64,000 nucleotides of DNA. Source: Candidatus Yanofskybacteria bacterium RIFCSPHIGHO2_01_FULL_41_21. Lineage in GTDB: Bacteria; Patescibacteriota; Minisyncoccia; 2-02-FULL-40-12; GWA2-44-9. The translations under genes and the position numbers were made by a program. Shown piece after piece: positions 59,076-64,000 of the stretch (the first letter of the stretch is position 1; every line of letters starts with the position of its first letter). Below the pieces are notes generated by a model that was not told the DNA's origin, did no database searches, and was given only the letters and a program-made list of their open reading frames with translations. The stretch spans positions 76,909 to 140,908 of the forward strand of contig MGJA01000003.1 of assembly GCA_001794025.1 (NCBI GenBank), in the 5' to 3' direction.

Positions 59076-61361
59076 TTGCCAGTCACAGTTTTTTGCGATA
59101 ATATAATAATAATGAGCATATCTAAGATATTAAAATACTGTATTTATGCCACGGCATTCATACCGTTGATTATATTTTCGCAGTATATGTCACCGTTTCA
59201 TTTTGGGAAGGTTGTTGTCTTCAGGAGTGTTATTGAAGCGATGGCCGTGCTGTATATATTACTTGTTATACTCCACCGTGAATACAAGCCCCGCGTTGAT
59301 AAATTATTTTGGGCATTTCTGACTTTCACTATCGTATACACACTCACTACTCTTACAAGTGTAAATACCTATCAGAGTTTCTGGGGGACGCTTGAACGAA
59401 TGGGTGGGGCGTACAGTTTTTGGCACTATTTTGTATTTTATATTATTCTCACTTCTGTTTTGCGAACTAAAGAAGAATGGATGACGTTTTTAAAAATAAC
59501 CGTCGTGGTTGGTGTCCTTTCAGCTTTCTACGGATTTGGTCAACGAATTCCAGCTTGTTCTCCTGGTAACCCTGATTGTTTTGGTTCATTTTTCATTGGG
59601 GGAGGAGGTCGGGAACGTATTTTCGGGACAATCGGTAATGCTGCTCTCTTTGCGGGCTATCAGATTTTAAATGTTTTCTTGGCTCTTGTTTTGGGTTTTG
59701 GGGCAACCAAGAAAAAGGAACGTAACTTTTTATTAATTTCAGCCGGAATAATGGGTCTTGCGGTATTTATGACCGCAGTTAGAGGTTCACTCCTTGGATT
59801 AAGTGTCGGAATTATAGTTTTTGCGGGATTATATTTTTATAAAACTAATTCAGCACAATCCCGAAAGATTTTTTTGGGACTTGTAGGTCTGGCAATCTTA
59901 TTTTTTGGATTTGCTCTTTTGTTCAAAAACACTTCTTTCGTTCAGGACTCGCCGTACTTGCGTCGTATTACTAATTTTTCCGTTTCTAATTATACGGTTC
60001 AAACACGATTCTGGGCTTGGCAGGCCGGTTTGAAAGGTTGGAGCGAAAATCCGAAGACAATTCTGGTTGGTTGGGGTCCGGAGAACTTTAATATTCCTTT
60101 TTCTAAATATTTTAATCCAAAATTCTTTGCCGGTCCTGGTTCAGAAACATTGTTTGATCGGGCCCATAACATGTTTGTTGAGGTTTTGGTGACCATGGGG
60201 TTGGTTGGTTTCCTGATTTACCTAGCTCTATTTGTTGTGATATTAAAATCACTATGGCGCCTAAAAGAAAAGCCAGAGTTTCGCATTCCGGCAATCGGAT
60301 TCATATCTATGACTATTGCCTATATGATTCATAATGCCTTTATCTTTGATACCTCTGCTAATTTTCTGGTATTTTTCAGTATCTTCGGGTTTATGACTTG
60401 GATGAATCGTTCAGAACCGGTGCCGGTTAAATCATTACACGAGACCACCTCTTCTAATCTCGTAATCATCACAGGTCTAGTGTTGGTTATTGGTGTCAGT
60501 ATTTTGATTTATCAAACAAATATCAAAACCGCAATTGCTAATTATGCCACAACTCGAGGTATTGTTGCCGGTTGGAATAAGGACTTCAATGGTGCCATAG
60601 CCAAGTATAGGGAAGCTACTTCATATAATGTGGCAGGTAGATATGAATATCGGAATCGTTATGCCCAATATTTATTAGATTTTAGTTCTTCTATTGATGT
60701 ATCTGCACCTAATGCCCAGTCAATTTTTAAAGAGGTTATTGCCTTAGAAGAAAAAAATGCTACCGAAAATCCGAAAGATTATTTACCGGAACTCTATCTT
60801 TCACGACTGAATATTGTTCTTGGAAAATCAGAACCCGAATCCCCTTATAATGATGAGTCCTTGAAGCATTCATTAAAAGCGTTGAGTTATGCGGAGACAT
60901 TTGTCCGTACCTACTATGAAATTGGTCAAGGATATCTAAATAAAAAGGACTACCAGAATGCCCAGATTGCTTTTCAAAAAGCGATTGATTTAAATCCGGA
61001 TGTTGGCGTTTCGTATTGGTATCTGGGATCCGTGCAGATGCAATCAAACCAAATTGAAAAAGCTCTGGTTAATATAGACATGGCGATTAAAAAAGGATAT
61101 ATCCTTTCCGAAAATGATTATCTTAATGTTGCAAACATCTACGTCAAAAAAAATGATTTTCAACATCTTATAACCATTTATGAAGGTCTACTGAAGCTTA
61201 AACCAACTAGCGCTCAATATATGGCTTCTCTTTCAGTTGTCTATAGTAAAGTTGGTCGGATTGATGATGCTGTTCGATTAGCTCGTCTGGCCGCTCAAAC
61301 TGATCCAAATTTCGAACCGGAAGCGATACGATTCGTTCAATCACTTGGCCGGCAATGGTAA
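59076..61361 (+). CDS. O-antigen ligase/polymerase-like (Wzy_C) membrane protein with C-terminal TPR domain
   Basis: AHNMFVEVLVTMGLVGFLIY Wzy_C loop motif; C-terminal TPR units. The real start may be Met 59112. Confidence 0.65.
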   Translation: MPVTVFCDNIIIMSISKILKYCIYATAFIPLIIFSQYMSPFHFGKVVVFRSVIEAMAVLYILLVILHREYKPRVDKLFWAFLTFTIVYTLTTLTSVNTYQSFWGTLERMGGAYSFWHYFVFYIILTSVLRTKEEWMTFLKITVVVGVLSAFYGFGQRIPACSPGNPDCFGSFFIGGGGRERIFGTIGNAALFAGYQILNVFLALVLGFGATKKKERNFLLISAGIMGLAVFMTAVRGSLLGLSVGIIVFAGLYFYKTNSAQSRKIFLGLVGLAILFFGFALLFKNTSFVQDSPYLRRITNFSVSNYTVQTRFWAWQAGLKGWSENPKTILVGWGPENFNIPFSKYFNPKFFAGPGSETLFDRAHNMFVEVLVTMGLVGFLIYLALFVVILKSLWRLKEKPEFRIPAIGFISMTIAYMIHNAFIFDTSANFLVFFSIFGFMTWMNRSEPVPVKSLHETTSSNLVIITGLVLVIGVSILIYQTNIKTAIANYATTRGIVAGWNKDFNGAIAKYREATSYNVAGRYEYRNRYAQYLLDFSSSIDVSAPNAQSIFKEVIALEEKNATENPKDYLPELYLSRLNIVLGKSEPESPYNDESLKHSLKALSYAETFVRTYYEIGQGYLNKKDYQNAQIAFQKAIDLNPDVGVSYWYLGSVQMQSNQIEKALVNIDMAIKKGYILSENDYLNVANIYVKKNDFQHLITIYEGLLKLKPTSAQYMASLSVVYSKVGRIDDAVRLARLAAQTDPNFEPEAIRFVQSLGRQW

Positions 61362-61456
61362 TCGCTCCGCCCTTCCCATTTCTCTCGCTGTTCTCTCCGC
61401 CTGTCTCGTAACCTCAAGCTTTTCATTGCTTCCGAACAAATAGGCCACCTTGCCTC

Positions 61457-61485
61457 AACCCCGCTATTAGCGGGGTTTCGGTTCC
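61457..61485 (+). terminator. Putative terminator hairpin aaccccgc-tatta-gcggggtt + T-rich
   Basis: 8-bp stem ~95 nt downstream of the ligase gene. Confidence 0.4.
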
Positions 61486-61539
61486 TATTTGTTACCGGAA
61501 GAATTTCAAAGCTTTTCGGACGAGAAGACGGCGTCGTTC

Positions 61540-61815
61540 AACGCTCAGAAATGGAAAGGACTTTGCTCTTTTTTAAAACAAGCGAGGCCATAATTATTTA
61601 CTCACATCTGCACGATTGGTAAAAATGCTAAGCGAGTTGAGTTGAAAGCCATCAGAGACAATTGAGACGTTGCAGGAGTTGGTTGATATAATTAACGGTC
61701 AGCAGACCGATCAACCAACGAACTGCAATGCGAGTTTAGCTGAGGTGACGAAGGTAGCCCGAAGGGTACCGAGGATCCGGAGGCGTGTCGGTTGATGGCT
61801 TTCAACTCAACGAGC
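61540..61815 (-). repeat. GC-rich structured element B; inverted homolog of element A (3301-3600); putative ncRNA or structured 3'UTR element
   Basis: Core ~90% identical to the reverse complement of element A. 18-bp perfect closing stem gttgagttgaaagccatc / gatggctttcaactcaac. Abuts the stop codon of the - strand gene 61819-63129. Confidence 0.6.
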
Positions 61816-61818
61816 GTC

Positions 61819-63129
61819 CTATTTGCCGGCTTGGGAGAGGGCGATACGGATTGTTTTGAGGATTATACCGAGGTCAAGAAGGAAAGAACGATTTTTAATA
61901 TAATAGAGGTCATATTTTAATTTTTCGGCGGCATCTTTAACCGAAGCTCCATAGGGGTAATTAATTTGGGCCCAACCGGAAAGACCAGGTTTAATTAAAT
62001 AGCGTTCTTCATAAAATGGTACTTCGCGTTTGAGGGTCTCATGGAATTCCGGTCGTTCCGCCCGCGGACCAACCAGAGACATCTCGCCTTTGATGATATT
62101 CCAAAGTTGAGGAAGTTCATCAATTCTGGATCGGCGTAGGAATTTTCCAATCCCGGTAACCCGTTGGTCATCATCTTTAGCCCAAACTGCTCCCGTTGAA
62201 GCTTCTGCATCTAAAATCATCGTCCGGAATTTAATCATCTTAAATGACTTTCCTAGTCGGCCAATTCTGGTTTGAGTGTAAAATAACGGTCCCGGTGAAC
62301 CGAGTTGGATGGAAATAATAACAAAGGGATAGAGGACCAGAGAAATAGTTCCAAAAATAAGGCCAAAGATAATATCATAGAAACGTTTCAATGTTTCGTA
62401 AACCCGTTTATTCCCTTCGCTTAAATTTTCCAGAAACCAAATTTGATCTATTGCATCCAGTGGCACTCTACCCGTCAGTCGTTCATAGAAAGTTGCCAGA
62501 CCATAAAAGTTTATTTTTTGACCAAGTGCTTTGTAGAAAATATCTCTAATTTCCGGGGTCTGATAAGCGCTAGGACTGATGACAATTGTATCAAGGTTTG
62601 CGGTTGTCATTACTTCAGAAAGATGAGCGGTCTGTTGAATATCAATTATTTCTTTGACGGTATAGCCCAATTGGGGGTTTTCTTTAATAAATAATGTCAA
62701 TTCTTGGGCCTGTTCATTATCCCCAACAATCAGAATTAATTTTTTAAACCTTGTTTCAACGATGCTATTAAAAAGAGAACGTCCGCCGAATTCCAACATT
62801 GTAAATATGAGTATAAATAGTGCCAGGTTGGTCTTGGGAGCAATTCCGAAGAATGGGATTAGGTAAAAGAAACTGGTTGATATGACCGTAGCGACGATGA
62901 TTGCTTCAAAAAGTCGAGAATAAAAAAAGATTGTATTTCTAAGAGTGCGTTGATCATAAAGATTGGAGATATAAAAAATGACTAACCAAATAACGAAAAT
63001 AATGGTGAGAGGCAATAAATGGATCGCAAATTGTCCGCCTAGATTACTTTGATAACGTAAAGCGAGCATCGCTACAAGCGAACCGTAAAGGAGAGCAACA
63101 TCAATTAATAGAAGGGTGGTCTTACGCAT
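61819..63129 (-). CDS. Polyprenyl-phosphate hexose-1-phosphate transferase (bacterial sugar transferase, WbaP/PglC-like initiating enzyme)
   Basis: C-terminal PGPLFYTQTRIGRLGKSFKMIKFRTM ... DELPQLWNIIKGEMSLVGPRAERP signature. Confidence 0.85.
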   Translation of the reverse strand: MRKTTLLLIDVALLYGSLVAMLALRYQSNLGGQFAIHLLPLTIIFVIWLVIFYISNLYDQRTLRNTIFFYSRLFEAIIVATVISTSFFYLIPFFGIAPKTNLALFILIFTMLEFGGRSLFNSIVETRFKKLILIVGDNEQAQELTLFIKENPQLGYTVKEIIDIQQTAHLSEVMTTANLDTIVISPSAYQTPEIRDIFYKALGQKINFYGLATFYERLTGRVPLDAIDQIWFLENLSEGNKRVYETLKRFYDIIFGLIFGTISLVLYPFVIISIQLGSPGPLFYTQTRIGRLGKSFKMIKFRTMILDAEASTGAVWAKDDDQRVTGIGKFLRRSRIDELPQLWNIIKGEMSLVGPRAERPEFHETLKREVPFYEERYLIKPGLSGWAQINYPYGASVKDAAEKLKYDLYYIKNRSFLLDLGIILKTIRIALSQAGK

Positions 63130-63241
63130 AGGTTACTTTAAAATGATACCATGTTTTTAAAATAATGCAACCCAAATCTATATGATTATATTACTCCTAA
63201 TTATGATACAATAAAATCAATTCTTGAACGTATAAACCTTT

Positions 63242-64000
63242 ATGTATCACCACTCCAAGCGTCTTAAGATATATTTTTTTGTCGCGGTTGTTATTTTATT
63301 TGGTCAATTGGGGACCAACAATATCTTAGCCGACACTCTTGGTGAGCATCATACTTTTTTTGTAAATCCGACTTTTGATGCGACGGAACGAACAAGTATT
63401 CAGGCCACACTTGAATATGTCGGTACCCACGCCTATTTTTATGTTGATGACTCATATTTGAATGGTCTTAACTCTTATGAGCGGGCCATTTTTAATCAGC
63501 AAGTTATCAGTACGGCCCAAGAATTTGATAATAATATTTATCCTAAAGAAACAACCTTTTGGGGTTCAGAACCAAATCCCGGCATTGATAATGACCCAAA
63601 AATTACAATTCTTCTTGAACGTCTCACCGCCGGTACGGGTGGCTATTTTGACAGCATAAATGGATTTTCAACGTCACAGGCAAATCGTACCAATCAACGA
63701 GAGATGATTATCGCTAACGCTCTTTCGGTTGGCACGAACCGATTAAAAATATTTTTGGCTCATGAGTTTCAACATCTTATCTCGTTTAACCAAAAAGAAC
63801 TTTTACGAGATTCTTCTGAAGATGTTTGGCTCAACGAACTTCGCTCGCAATACGCCATTACCGTAGCGGGATACAATGATGATTTTAGAAACTCTGATCT
63901 TTCTCAACGTCTGCAAACTTTTTTGAGTAATCCAACCGATAGTGTTACGGAATGGCCCAATACAAATCTTGATTATGCTTCGGTAACACTATTTGGTCAG
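63242..64000 (+). CDS. 3'-truncated CDS; secreted putative Zn-metallopeptidase (HEXXH: LAHEFQHL)
   Basis: Open frame from ATG 63242 to window end; hydrophobic signal-like N-terminus. Confidence 0.5.
   Translation, partial: MYHHSKRLKIYFFVAVVILFGQLGTNNILADTLGEHHTFFVNPTFDATERTSIQATLEYVGTHAYFYVDDSYLNGLNSYERAIFNQQVISTAQEFDNNIYPKETTFWGSEPNPGIDNDPKITILLERLTAGTGGYFDSINGFSTSQANRTNQREMIIANALSVGTNRLKIFLAHEFQHLISFNQKELLRDSSEDVWLNELRSQYAITVAGYNDDFRNSDLSQRLQTFLSNPTDSVTEWPNTNLDYASVTLFGQ

Overview
Low-GC (~38-40% by eye), gene-dense window that is almost entirely one ~58-kb cell-surface glycan / protein-glycosylation island. Composition, PT-rich linker proteins and membrane-TPR proteins would fit a Patescibacteria/CPR-like or other small-genome bacterium, but that is not provable from sequence alone.

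Gene content: at least 12 GT-B (GT4-like) and 4 GT2 (Dpm1/ArnC-like) glycosyltransferases, the latter mostly paired with GT-C (ArnT/PMT-like) membrane transferases; a dTDP-deoxysugar branch (RfbB, RmlD-like, two cupin ketoisomerase/epimerase + two TylCIII-type C-methyltransferase pairs, Gfo/Idh/MocA reductases); five SAM methyltransferases; a DegT aminotransferase; a nonulosonic-acid module (NeuB-like synthase, two NeuA-like cytidylyltransferases); two radical-SAM enzymes (one B12-binding, one SPASM); two Wzx-type flippases; an O-antigen-ligase/TPR protein; an AT3+SGNH O-acetyltransferase; and a PglC/WbaP-type initiating phosphotransferase. There are no transposases, recombinases, tRNAs, rRNAs or CRISPR arrays.

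Features that the genes do not explain:
(1) A 110-nt element with 13-15-nt terminal inverted repeats occurs five times. Each copy ends ...CATTTCTAACGGG immediately followed by the ATG of a different glycan gene. It shows a compensatory stem substitution and encodes a conserved 31-codon mini-ORF whose TAA lies 4 nt before the downstream start.
(2) Two GC-rich ~200-300-nt structured elements in inverted orientation (3.30-3.60 kb and 61.54-61.82 kb) bracket the whole island. Each abuts a gene stop codon and has covarying stems.
(3) A compositionally foreign (GC-rich) B12-radical-SAM gene sits between two cytidylyltransferase paralogs whose first ~200 nt are near-identical.
(4) Four in-frame runs of 4x heptanucleotide repeats lie inside glycosyltransferase/membrane genes, and two unrelated genes share an identical 16-mer within such runs.
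(5) A perfect 10-bp palindrome TCAATATTGA recurs in two divergent promoter regions.
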